The translations under genes and the position numbers were made by a program. From Alphaproteobacteria bacterium (GTDB lineage Bacteria > Pseudomonadota > Alphaproteobacteria > Rs-D84), in assembly GCA_024402765.1 (NCBI GenBank), contig JAKSTC010000001.1, forward strand, positions 133,785 through 197,784: a stretch of DNA of 64,000 nt, read 5' to 3'. The notes under the pieces are model-generated. The model had not been told where the DNA came from, did not search any database, and was given only the letters and a program-made list of their open reading frames with translations. Below are positions 36,042 to 44,584 of this stretch, in pieces; within the stretch, counting starts at the first letter, position 1, and each line of letters opens with the position of its first letter.

Positions 36042-39000
36042 TTATTTGAAATAAATATTCAATATTTCTGTTACTGAGTCCCTTATAGATTCTTGTTCTT
36101 TGGATATACTATCTATTTCTTGCTCTAATGGGCTAATTAAATCTATAATTTTGTTTTGGTCAGAAAGGTTATGTAAATCAATTTGCAAAGCATATGCATC
36201 GTTTCTGTTCAAACCTCCAGAGCCTAATCCTTTATTCAAAGATTCTAAATTTAACCTTTTTAAAACAAAATACACATAGTCTATCAAAACAGAATTATTC
36301 TTTATATTAACATAATAAGTTGTATCTATAGGGGTATTGTTCATTGATATTTTATTAACCTTGCCAACAGAACCTTTTCTGCCCACTATTATAGAAGGAC
36401 CTTTAATAAGGTATTTATCATGATACCCTATTATGCCATTAGCACCAACAACAGGATATTCACCATCATTTCGTTTTTGTTTTGGAAGAGGTACACCATA
36501 TTCCAAAGAAATAATATCTCCTAATCTTTTTTTATCTGTTGAAGTAAAAGATTTAAATATATCAAACTCTTCTTGAAGAAGTTTTTTCTTCTTTAAAAGT
36601 AAACTACTTTGCTTATCGTATAGTATGTGCAATTTTTCTATAATATTTTCTTGGTCTTTTTTTGGAAGAACAGGTATTTTTATTTTTAGTATATTGGTTT
36701 TAGACAATCCGCCCTGTGCTGCACCAGAAACAACAGATTTCATCATATTTTGACCGTAATCAGAATATAAAAAAGCAAACAAATATTCTTGTAAAATTTT
36801 ATTTGTTTTAGCACGTAAAATAAAAACATGTTCGTTAACAGAGCTTTTGCTATACGGATACCCAGAATCTAACAATGCAACTTTCCCTGTTAAAGCTCCA
36901 TCTTTACACAACAAAATGTCATTTGGTTTTATAATACCATGTGACATTCTATCAAATTCATCCTCTGTTATGTATCTCATATTTGAAAAAACAACTTTAC
37001 CATCTAAACCTATATGTTCACCACCTAAACTAGGTATTCCAGTCTTTTGTCGTTCTTGGCCAATTTTACTGTTTCTGCTGCCCGTTTGTATGGTTTCTAA
37101 CAAATTACCAAGTTGTTCCAAAGGATATGTTGTATCAAACTCTATTTTTTTTTTAGCATTTAAATTAAGAGATTTATTAAATTGCACCGTATCAAACGAT
37201 ATTAAATCAGATAAATTTAGATAATCTATATGTTCATGTAAACTATGGTCTGGATTATTTTTGATACTCACAACTTCTTTTGCTACATTCACATTCTGAA
37301 AATTATTCAATATATATGTATTTAGCTTACAACCGTTATATTTATTCAAACAATCAAATAATTTAGTCTTTATATTGTTATCGGCATCTCTATATATTTG
37401 AATACCCTCATGTCCCCTGCGATTTGAAAATTCATAGCCATAGAAAGCCTTTTCTGTATCTTTGTCTTTGGAATCAGCTAAAACTATTTTTTGTGTATAC
37501 GTCAATGCAAAATATGTTAATTTTTCTTTCTCTATTTCAATCACTTCAGAAACAGGAATATCTTTATATTCCTTACAAAAATCACTATTCATATCACAAG
37601 TTGACTTATTGTTTTTTAGAAAATTAACATAATCTTCAAATTTTAAACTGTCCCAAACAGAATTAATATATAAAGAAACACAATTTTTTATTCCATTTAT
37701 TGATACATCTTCGTATGTTTCAAAGAACTTTTCTGTTGCCGATTTTATTTCTTCAAAAACAAAAGATGCTCTTTTTCTCATAAACAAAATAACAGTTTTT
37801 GTATTGGTTGCTGCAAATGCCTGTCCGCCCAAAGCAACAATTGCTTTGAATTCAAAATTCTTTAACAAAATTTCTCTGGCTTTTTCATAAATACCGTTAT
37901 TAGTTAATACAGATATCGGTAATACTATTGCAACAATACCATTTTCTCGTACTAATTGTTTTGCTCTTTCTATAAATAAACATTCTATTTCAGAACTGTT
38001 ATCTGTTAAATCCTTATATAAATCAAAAGAATTAATACCATCATTTAAAGTGTTTTTAAATGCTCTGACGGCATAAGGTGGGTTTGATATTAAGACATCA
38101 AATTGTTCATTATCTTTGGTGTTTTTTAGACTTTTTAATTTATCTTTATACACTGTGCTTTTAGAAAAACTATCTAAGCCATCCGCATGAATAATATTTG
38201 CCAAACCATCGCCATTTAGGAAACATGCAATTTTTGTGGTTTTTACCAAACGATAATCTAAATCAATACCATAAACATATTTTTCTGCCCAAGCGAAATC
38301 ATTTATTTGCCAAGATTCTACCTCTTTTTTTAGAGAGGTTTTAGCGATCTTACTGGTGTCAACAGTTTTAATGATTTTATTATATTCATCCATAACTTCT
38401 GTTAAAAAATGTCCAGATCCCATGGCATAATCTATAGTGTATGGTAATATATCATCTTTTTTGTTTTGAATGTTATCATAAATAATTTCTCTTAATGGTA
38501 TACTATTTATTATAAACTGTGTTATTGGTACAGGTGTAAAAAACTGTCCGGACTCTTGCTTAATACTATCTTTTAAAAGACTTTCAAAAAAATCACCTAA
38601 AAATTGTTGTTTATGAGAATAGCGTAGTTGTTTGTCTTGTAATAATTCTACAATTTCACGAACAACTTTTGCATTATCTTTAAAAGATTGCTTGTCAAAA
38701 ACTTCTCTAAAACCAAAAACATTGTCTTTATACAATCTTAACTGTCTATAGGCATCGATTAATTCTTGATTGTTAGCTCTGTTAGCAATAGATTGAAAAT
38801 CCTGAAGAGTAATATCTTCAATGTCCTTATTTAGGTAATATTTCATGCCGTTCATATACAAATCAGATAAATCTAGCAATAAATCTTCATCTGATTTTTC
38901 GTTGGTACCACTACGAGTTTGAAATTTCAATTCTTCATCGTCGTTTGTATCTTCATCATAAATTTTGCATAAAAACAAATTAATAATTTTATTAAAAGCA

Positions 39001-39752
39001 TTTGATTTATCTGAAATAACATTATGTCTTAATATTTCAGCAAATTTATTGTATATGTTATCACCATCAACTTTATTTAATGGTTTTAAATCCATTTTTG
39101 TTAATGCTTTAGATTGCAAATTGTAAGGTTTAACCCAAGATTCAAAAATGCCGTTGTCTTCAAATTTGCCCAACCACCTATTGTATCTATCTTCTTGATT
39201 TAAATCTGCCCAATCTTTATGATTATAAACAATGGAAGTTTTGTATTCTTGGGTATCTGGATTATATGTATATAAACATATGGCTTCTGTTGTTTTGGGT
39301 TCCTGTTGCAAATAACTAAAAATTTGTGAACCATTTTTAGATTTATTTAAGGTGTTTTTAATCTCTGTTTCAAAATCTTTTCCCCAAACTTTGCATTCAA
39401 TCATCAAAAACGCCATACCATGCAAATCTTTAACAAGAATATCTAGAAAACCCTTGCCGTTATGCCCCAGATTCCATGTTTTTTCTAACTCTATACTTTC
39501 TGGTTTATAACCTTTTTCTAAAAGCCTATTAACACACTCTAAAACAACAAAACTTTCTGTTTGGTGAAAATTACACGTTGTTTTACGACCTGTTTTTATT
39601 TTTGTACCATAATCAATAATAGAATTCTGTGGGCAAATGCAATCATACTTTATGGTAATTTCATATCCATTATAACACTTAGCCCAAACATTAGTTTGTC
39701 CTGATTTTGGTGAAAAACCAATGGATTCAATAAGTTGTATAAAATTACTCAT
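36042..39752 (-). CDS. Single-polypeptide restriction-modification-specificity enzyme (Type IIB/IIG, AloI/CjeI-like)
   Basis: N-terminal PD-(D/E)xK (FLDILVKD...FLMIECK). Gamma-class N6-adenine methyltransferase motifs DYAMGSGHFL and NPPY (LISNPPYAV). Two C-terminal HsdS-like target-recognition domains separated by a coiled-coil spacer. 1236 aa. Confidence 0.75.
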   Translation of the reverse strand: MSNFIQLIESIGFSPKSGQTNVWAKCYNGYEITIKYDCICPQNSIIDYGTKIKTGRKTTCNFHQTESFVVLECVNRLLEKGYKPESIELEKTWNLGHNGKGFLDILVKDLHGMAFLMIECKVWGKDFETEIKNTLNKSKNGSQIFSYLQQEPKTTEAICLYTYNPDTQEYKTSIVYNHKDWADLNQEDRYNRWLGKFEDNGIFESWVKPYNLQSKALTKMDLKPLNKVDGDNIYNKFAEILRHNVISDKSNAFNKIINLFLCKIYDEDTNDDEELKFQTRSGTNEKSDEDLLLDLSDLYMNGMKYYLNKDIEDITLQDFQSIANRANNQELIDAYRQLRLYKDNVFGFREVFDKQSFKDNAKVVREIVELLQDKQLRYSHKQQFLGDFFESLLKDSIKQESGQFFTPVPITQFIINSIPLREIIYDNIQNKKDDILPYTIDYAMGSGHFLTEVMDEYNKIIKTVDTSKIAKTSLKKEVESWQINDFAWAEKYVYGIDLDYRLVKTTKIACFLNGDGLANIIHADGLDSFSKSTVYKDKLKSLKNTKDNEQFDVLISNPPYAVRAFKNTLNDGINSFDLYKDLTDNSSEIECLFIERAKQLVRENGIVAIVLPISVLTNNGIYEKAREILLKNFEFKAIVALGGQAFAATNTKTVILFMRKRASFVFEEIKSATEKFFETYEDVSINGIKNCVSLYINSVWDSLKFEDYVNFLKNNKSTCDMNSDFCKEYKDIPVSEVIEIEKEKLTYFALTYTQKIVLADSKDKDTEKAFYGYEFSNRRGHEGIQIYRDADNNIKTKLFDCLNKYNGCKLNTYILNNFQNVNVAKEVVSIKNNPDHSLHEHIDYLNLSDLISFDTVQFNKSLNLNAKKKIEFDTTYPLEQLGNLLETIQTGSRNSKIGQERQKTGIPSLGGEHIGLDGKVVFSNMRYITEDEFDRMSHGIIKPNDILLCKDGALTGKVALLDSGYPYSKSSVNEHVFILRAKTNKILQEYLFAFLYSDYGQNMMKSVVSGAAQGGLSKTNILKIKIPVLPKKDQENIIEKLHILYDKQSSLLLKKKKLLQEEFDIFKSFTSTDKKRLGDIISLEYGVPLPKQKRNDGEYPVVGANGIIGYHDKYLIKGPSIIVGRKGSVGKVNKISMNNTPIDTTYYVNIKNNSVLIDYVYFVLKRLNLESLNKGLGSGGLNRNDAYALQIDLHNLSDQNKIIDLISPLEQEIDSISKEQESIRDSVTEILNIYFK

Positions 39753-39897
39753 ATAGTATATCTTTTCTTATATTTTAACATATAATTGGCATAAATTCAC
39801 CAAAAATATTAAAAAAAATCCACATAAAAATCAATAATATTTTAAATATTAGTAATTTTTATTAGAGTGGATTATGTAATAAAAAACAATAAATACA

Positions 39898-40620
39898 TTA
39901 TTTTTTTGGTTTTTTGCTCATTTTTTCACCTGTTTCAGCAAAAAAAGCATCGTCACTATTTATTGCTCCAGATGTAATAATGAATATAGCATCTCCTGTA
40001 TTCATTACAAAATCTTTGTATTTTAAATCTTTGCACCTGTTTCTAAAAAGCCGTAGTTGTGTTGAATCTTCTTGTGTTGTATAAAACCCAAGTTTTACAG
40101 TAAATAAGTACCCAACCAAATCTTCAACTAAATTAAGGTCAGAAGAATCACACATTGCAAAGCAATTAATGAAGCTTTCTAATCTTATATACGATAATAA
40201 ATTGACTGTTTCTTCTGGATAATCAAACAATAATTGTCCTATGTCAGGAATTACATATACTATATTTCTGTTTATTCCTAATGTTTCCAGATGTTTTATA
40301 CTATCAAAGAATTCTTCTTCTGATTTGATGAGATTGAAATGTTTTGTGTGTTCTGGAAAAATTGATAACCATTCAATTTCTCCCTTATCTAAAATATACA
40401 CACGTGAAGTATCTTTGTTTGTTGTATCAAAAAATAATTTCATATGATCTATTAACCAGTTTTTTTCTATTTCAAAAGAAATAGATTTTTCACCTGTAAA
40501 TAAAATTGTCTGAAAACTTAAAGGTGTACAGTTTTTCAATACATCATTATCGTCAAATACACATAAAGATTTATGTAATAAATTTTCATTACATCTTGCA
40601 AAATTTGCTGCTATTTTCAT
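39898..40620 (-). CDS. Hypothetical protein downstream of the prim-pol gene
   Basis: 240-aa ORF with the RBS aaggag. No recognisable motif. Confidence 0.35.
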   Translation of the reverse strand: MKIAANFARCNENLLHKSLCVFDDNDVLKNCTPLSFQTILFTGEKSISFEIEKNWLIDHMKLFFDTTNKDTSRVYILDKGEIEWLSIFPEHTKHFNLIKSEEEFFDSIKHLETLGINRNIVYVIPDIGQLLFDYPEETVNLLSYIRLESFINCFAMCDSSDLNLVEDLVGYLFTVKLGFYTTQEDSTQLRLFRNRCKDLKYKDFVMNTGDAIFIITSGAINSDDAFFAETGEKMSKKPKK

Positions 40621-40742
40621 TTTTTACTCCTTATTTATACATATATTTATCAAATGTAAACAAACATAAAAATTTACTTTTGCATATGTAAAAAAAACTA
40701 AATATCTAAACTTTTTGCTAAAAGGTAAATTTCAATAAATAA

Positions 40743-40768
40743 TATATTAAGTAGTACTACTTAATATA
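40743..40768. repeat. 26-bp perfect palindrome between prim-pol and the 240-aa ORF
   Basis: TATATTAAGTAGT|ACTACTTAATATA. Confidence 0.7.
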
Positions 40769-40799
40769 AATTTTTTTTATTTTACCTTTGACAGACATG

Positions 40800-42596
40800 T
40801 TATCTATATGCAGGTCTATCATATATTTCAGGGTGAATTTCTTTCACCACATTTTTTCGTGTGATTTCATAATTTATAGTATCTATTTCTCCTGCTGGTC
40901 TAAAACAATCTATGTTTTCCTTGAAAGACACGATAACTGTTTTTAACACCTGTAAATCTTTTATTCTGGTATATTTAATCACATTGCTAAAATTTAAAAT
41001 ATTTTGAGCAACTATATTAAATATATTTTTCCCTAAAATACAATTATAATTACTGTCCAAGATAACAAATCTTGCACACATTACACCTGGGATATAATAA
41101 TTACCTTGTTGGTCTATAACTAAATATAATCCATATAAATTAGATATGAATGCATTTATTTTTCTAACTATCCCTGTTGTTTCACCACTTATATTGATTA
41201 TTCTATTAATGTAAACAGTTCCCAGGTTGCCACATAGATTATTATATTTTGTTGAATCTTGTATTTTTATATAATTATTAAAGAAGTTATTAACTATATC
41301 ATTAATATTATCTTCTGATAGTTTGTGCTTTCGTGCTTTTTTATTATATTCATTTAAAAAATAATTTATGGCAAATTTTTCTGCTAATAAAACATCTGTT
41401 TTATTAACATCCGGTAAATAATCGTGCCAGTCTTTGACTTCTTCAACAAACTCTCTTTTGTTTATTTTAAGTCCTTTTACAAGATATTCTACTTGGGATG
41501 TTAATTGATCTGTGTTTGATAAAATATCTGCATTACCACCAAGTTTTTTTATTGTATTTACTATTTCAGGGACATTACTCATAAAATCACTAATGTTAGG
41601 GTTCTTTTGTTTTTCTTGGTGAATTATATATGGCACTAATTGAGATAGTTCTTCATATGAATTGCCACGTGATAGACCTTGGGAAAATATTTTTTGTCCA
41701 ATTTCTATGTTAGATTGACCATTCGTTATTGCAGATGCTTCTTTTTGTGCCTTGTTATCCTCAGTGTGTTTTTGGGGATGATTTGACTGTGAAACTGTGT
41801 GCCGCTCTTCAAAAATACTTTCGTCTATTGACAATGAATTTTGCTTTAATGTTAAAATTGCATCAGAAAAAGCTTCATATACATCATATTCTGAATAATA
41901 TGATTTTCTATATTGTAATGTCCCAGGAACCCTAAACCATGCTTTGGGCATATCAATAATTTTCTGACATACAGGTAATTCTATTTTCAATAGCTGAGAT
42001 GCCACATTTTGTAAATATTTTTGAACCATACGTCTTTGTTTAGAAGTCATATCCTTATCACAAAAAATCCACATATGTGTGCCCATTCCATTGTTTTTAT
42101 TTTCATAAACAGAATTGTTTCTGAATGAATTAATAAAAGCAGATTGTATTTTGGTGTATTGGTCTTTTAATGATTCTTCATGACAATCTAAATCTATCCA
42201 CAATACCCTTGAATACTCTTGCTGAATAAACCCATAGTTATCAAAATTATTTTGAATATATCTCAGTTTGTTAAAATAGTTATCTTGGTTTTTAAATTTA
42301 CAAGGACGACCTTTTTGTTTGGCATATTGATTTGAATAAAAACTTAAAACCTTATTGGTTTTTGGGTCTTTATAACCAACAAAATGAATGTTATAACCAA
42401 ATTCTTTCAGAATATATCTTTTTAATTCATATGTTTTTTGATTACGTCTCTTTAATGCTTTTTTTATACCAAAAAATAGTTTTTTTTCTTTGTTTGATAA
42501 TGTTTTTATGTCTTTTGATAAAAGTTCTTTAACTTTTTCATCGTCTAAAGAAATTCCATGATAATAATTATATGTAGAATTCATGATGAGCCTCAT
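40800..42596 (-). CDS. Primase-polymerase (AEP/prim-pol) type replication protein
   Basis: Motif I VLWIDLDCH (DxD), motif II GMGTHMWIF (sxH), motif III WFRVPGT. The long C-terminal domain has no obvious Walker A. Confidence 0.55.
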   Translation of the reverse strand: MRLIMNSTYNYYHGISLDDEKVKELLSKDIKTLSNKEKKLFFGIKKALKRRNQKTYELKRYILKEFGYNIHFVGYKDPKTNKVLSFYSNQYAKQKGRPCKFKNQDNYFNKLRYIQNNFDNYGFIQQEYSRVLWIDLDCHEESLKDQYTKIQSAFINSFRNNSVYENKNNGMGTHMWIFCDKDMTSKQRRMVQKYLQNVASQLLKIELPVCQKIIDMPKAWFRVPGTLQYRKSYYSEYDVYEAFSDAILTLKQNSLSIDESIFEERHTVSQSNHPQKHTEDNKAQKEASAITNGQSNIEIGQKIFSQGLSRGNSYEELSQLVPYIIHQEKQKNPNISDFMSNVPEIVNTIKKLGGNADILSNTDQLTSQVEYLVKGLKINKREFVEEVKDWHDYLPDVNKTDVLLAEKFAINYFLNEYNKKARKHKLSEDNINDIVNNFFNNYIKIQDSTKYNNLCGNLGTVYINRIINISGETTGIVRKINAFISNLYGLYLVIDQQGNYYIPGVMCARFVILDSNYNCILGKNIFNIVAQNILNFSNVIKYTRIKDLQVLKTVIVSFKENIDCFRPAGEIDTINYEITRKNVVKEIHPEIYDRPAYR

Positions 42597-42654
42597 TTTA
42601 TATTATGGTTAATATGCCCCTTGAAAAAATTTTTCCAAGGGACACGTGTGTTAG

Positions 42655-43728
42655 TCACGCCGTTGGCATGGTTTCAATTAATTGTTTTACAAGACCAGGT
42701 AAGAAACATTCCCCTATACAGGTCCTAATTAGATTTTCTGAACACCAATCTGGCACTGGATAATCATCTGGTAATCCTGTTAACCTCAATATTTCTAACA
42801 AAGATAGAACACGAGCGTCGCTGTAAAGACCGTCTGGCATAAGGCGACCAGGATGACCTGTTGATTGAGAGCCCCAACTTCCATTGTTTGTCGTGATTGT
42901 CGGGGCTGGTTTATCCCAAGAAATCCTTGAATACGATTGCCGGAAAGATTTCACTCTAGAACCATCTGCTTTTCGTGGATAAAAGAATTTGTTATCCTGT
43001 GAACAGCCCCCTGAAGGTGTGTGTCTCATAGTAATAACATGTCTTTCTGGTAAAGATGGGGCTTTATGATATTTTATTCCACTATCTTCACCTGCTTCTA
43101 TACTGGGTAAATCACCAATGACATCAATTACTCTGATTTGGCGATCACGCTTTTGTGGTGCTGGCCAAAAGCCATGTTTTGATGCTAGTACAATGGCTCT
43201 TTTTCTGTGTTGTGGAATTCCAAAATCTGCTGCATCTAGTACAACTATATTAACATTATATCCTAAACCTGTTAATGTCTCGTCAATAAGTTTTCTTATC
43301 TGGATTTTTGCATCGCCAACTTGGATATGTGCTGTCAAAAATTGAGGCACATTTTCTATGATAACATATTCAGGATCAGTCCTACGTATGATATCTAAAG
43401 TTGGTAGAATCAAAAATTGTCTCTGATCATTTTGCTTGTTTCCAGTAGTATTAACAGGGGCAAAACTTTGGCACGGGGGTGTTCCTAGAATCATTTTGCA
43501 TCCGAGTTCTTCATATTGTTGCACAATTTGGTTTTGAACATTTGGATCCGTGACGTCGCCACAAATCATTTTTACATCTGGATATATTGCTTCATACAAT
43601 TTTGCCCTTGATGAGTTTATTTCATTAGCCAATGCTACTTGAACATTTGTGTTTGCCAAATAGTATTCACTTATACCAGCACCCGAACAAATCGAGCAGA
43701 CATTAATGCCTTTCAAAGAATTCGACAT
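42655..43728 (-). CDS. DNA (cytosine-5)-methyltransferase
   Basis: Motif I CSICSGAGIS, IV GTPPCQSF, VI ENVPQF, VIII QHRKRAIVLA. Confidence 0.88.
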   Translation of the reverse strand: MSNSLKGINVCSICSGAGISEYYLANTNVQVALANEINSSRAKLYEAIYPDVKMICGDVTDPNVQNQIVQQYEELGCKMILGTPPCQSFAPVNTTGNKQNDQRQFLILPTLDIIRRTDPEYVIIENVPQFLTAHIQVGDAKIQIRKLIDETLTGLGYNVNIVVLDAADFGIPQHRKRAIVLASKHGFWPAPQKRDRQIRVIDVIGDLPSIEAGEDSGIKYHKAPSLPERHVITMRHTPSGGCSQDNKFFYPRKADGSRVKSFRQSYSRISWDKPAPTITTNNGSWGSQSTGHPGRLMPDGLYSDARVLSLLEILRLTGLPDDYPVPDWCSENLIRTCIGECFLPGLVKQLIETMPTA

Positions 43729-43894
43729 TTTATAGTCCCTTTTTTTACAAAGATCCCTAAAAAAGAACCTTTTGGGTTAAATTTTCCAAAAAACTGGGGC
43801 ACTAGCACATTTTGATATATGTGCTTTAAACCCCTGTTTTTTGGGACTTTTGATAAAAAAAGAAGAAAAATTTTTTTAAAATTTTAAAAAAAAC

Positions 43895-43922
43895 TTTACA
43901 AATGTCATTTCTGCACTATAAT
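43895..43922 (+). promoter_or_regulatory. Near-consensus sigma70 promoter of the sRNA candidate
   Basis: TTTACA (43895-43900), 16 nt, TATAAT (43917-43922). Confidence 0.55.
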
Positions 43923-43928
43923 CTCACT

Positions 43929-44030
43929 TACGGACGTGAATAATAAGTACAGAAAAATCTTTGCGTTTTTCTTCTTTTATTCTCAAAAAAAGGAGGACGG
44001 ATTTCGATCCGTCTCTCCCTCTTTTGTTTG
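43929..44030 (+). ncRNA. Candidate roughly 100-nt small RNA (promoter to terminator, no ORF)
   Basis: Runs from the promoter above to the GC-rich hairpin GGAGGACGGAT-ttcg-ATCCGTCTCTCC (43992-44018) plus a U-rich tail. There is no start codon with an ORF in between. Confidence 0.45.
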
Positions 44031-44140
44031 AAAAATAGTATAACACGAAAATAATAAATTTCAAATGTTTTTTCTAAAAAATCAAAACAAATTTTTTTCT
44101 TGTCTTTTTCAAAAACACGACGTTTTCTGGCTTATTTATA

Positions 44141-44183
44141 AATTATTATGTAATATTAATTATATTAATATTACATAATAATT
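44141..44183. repeat. 43-bp perfect palindrome (20-bp arms, 3-nt spacer), candidate ori or operator
   Basis: AATTATTATGTAATATTAAT-tat-ATTAATATTACATAATAATT. Contains the TGTAATATT/AATATTACA half-sites also found at 32140-32161. Confidence 0.8.
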
Positions 44184-44399
44184 ATAAAATAATTTGTTAA
44201 AAAAATTAGAAAAATTCAAATCTTTGTTGGTTGTGCATCTGTCTTATGTTTGCTGTTTTTTTGTTTGTTATGCCCTATAAACCGATTCGTTTTTGATAAA
44301 TTTTTTCACCTTAAAAAAGATTTTATGTAAGATAATTTTATTATTGAAATTTCATAATTGATGACGGTATTAATTTTATATTAATGAAAGGGTTATATT

Positions 44400-44567
44400 A
44401 TGGAAAAAATTAATTTTACCAGAAACAAAGAAGCACCTGCAAATTTATCAAATGATAATGACATTGTTAAAAGTTTAGAAAATTTACAAATAGACACTCA
44501 ACGTGCACAAATTATAAGTAGTTATTTAACTAATATTTTTAATACTATTTTTAATTGTATTTTATAG
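44400..44567 (+). CDS. Small conserved ORF (55 aa) immediately 5' of integrase 2, not in the ORF track
   Basis: MEKINFTRNKEAPANLSNDNDIVKSLENLQIDTQRAQIISSYLTNIFNTIFNCIL. The C-terminal 25 aa align with the ORF at 33024-33212 (9 identities, including NTIFN). Confidence 0.45.
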   Translation: MEKINFTRNKEAPANLSNDNDIVKSLENLQIDTQRAQIISSYLTNIFNTIFNCIL

Positions 44568-44584
44568 TGGTGGGGGGGATTATT

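Noticed and set aside
43741-43895. Apparent repeated CCC-(A/T)n-GGG motifs that might be iterons.
   Set aside because: The units differ in length and sequence (ccctaaaaaag..ttttggg, ccaaaaaactgggg, cccctgttttttggg). I could not define a consistent repeat, so I do not call iterons.
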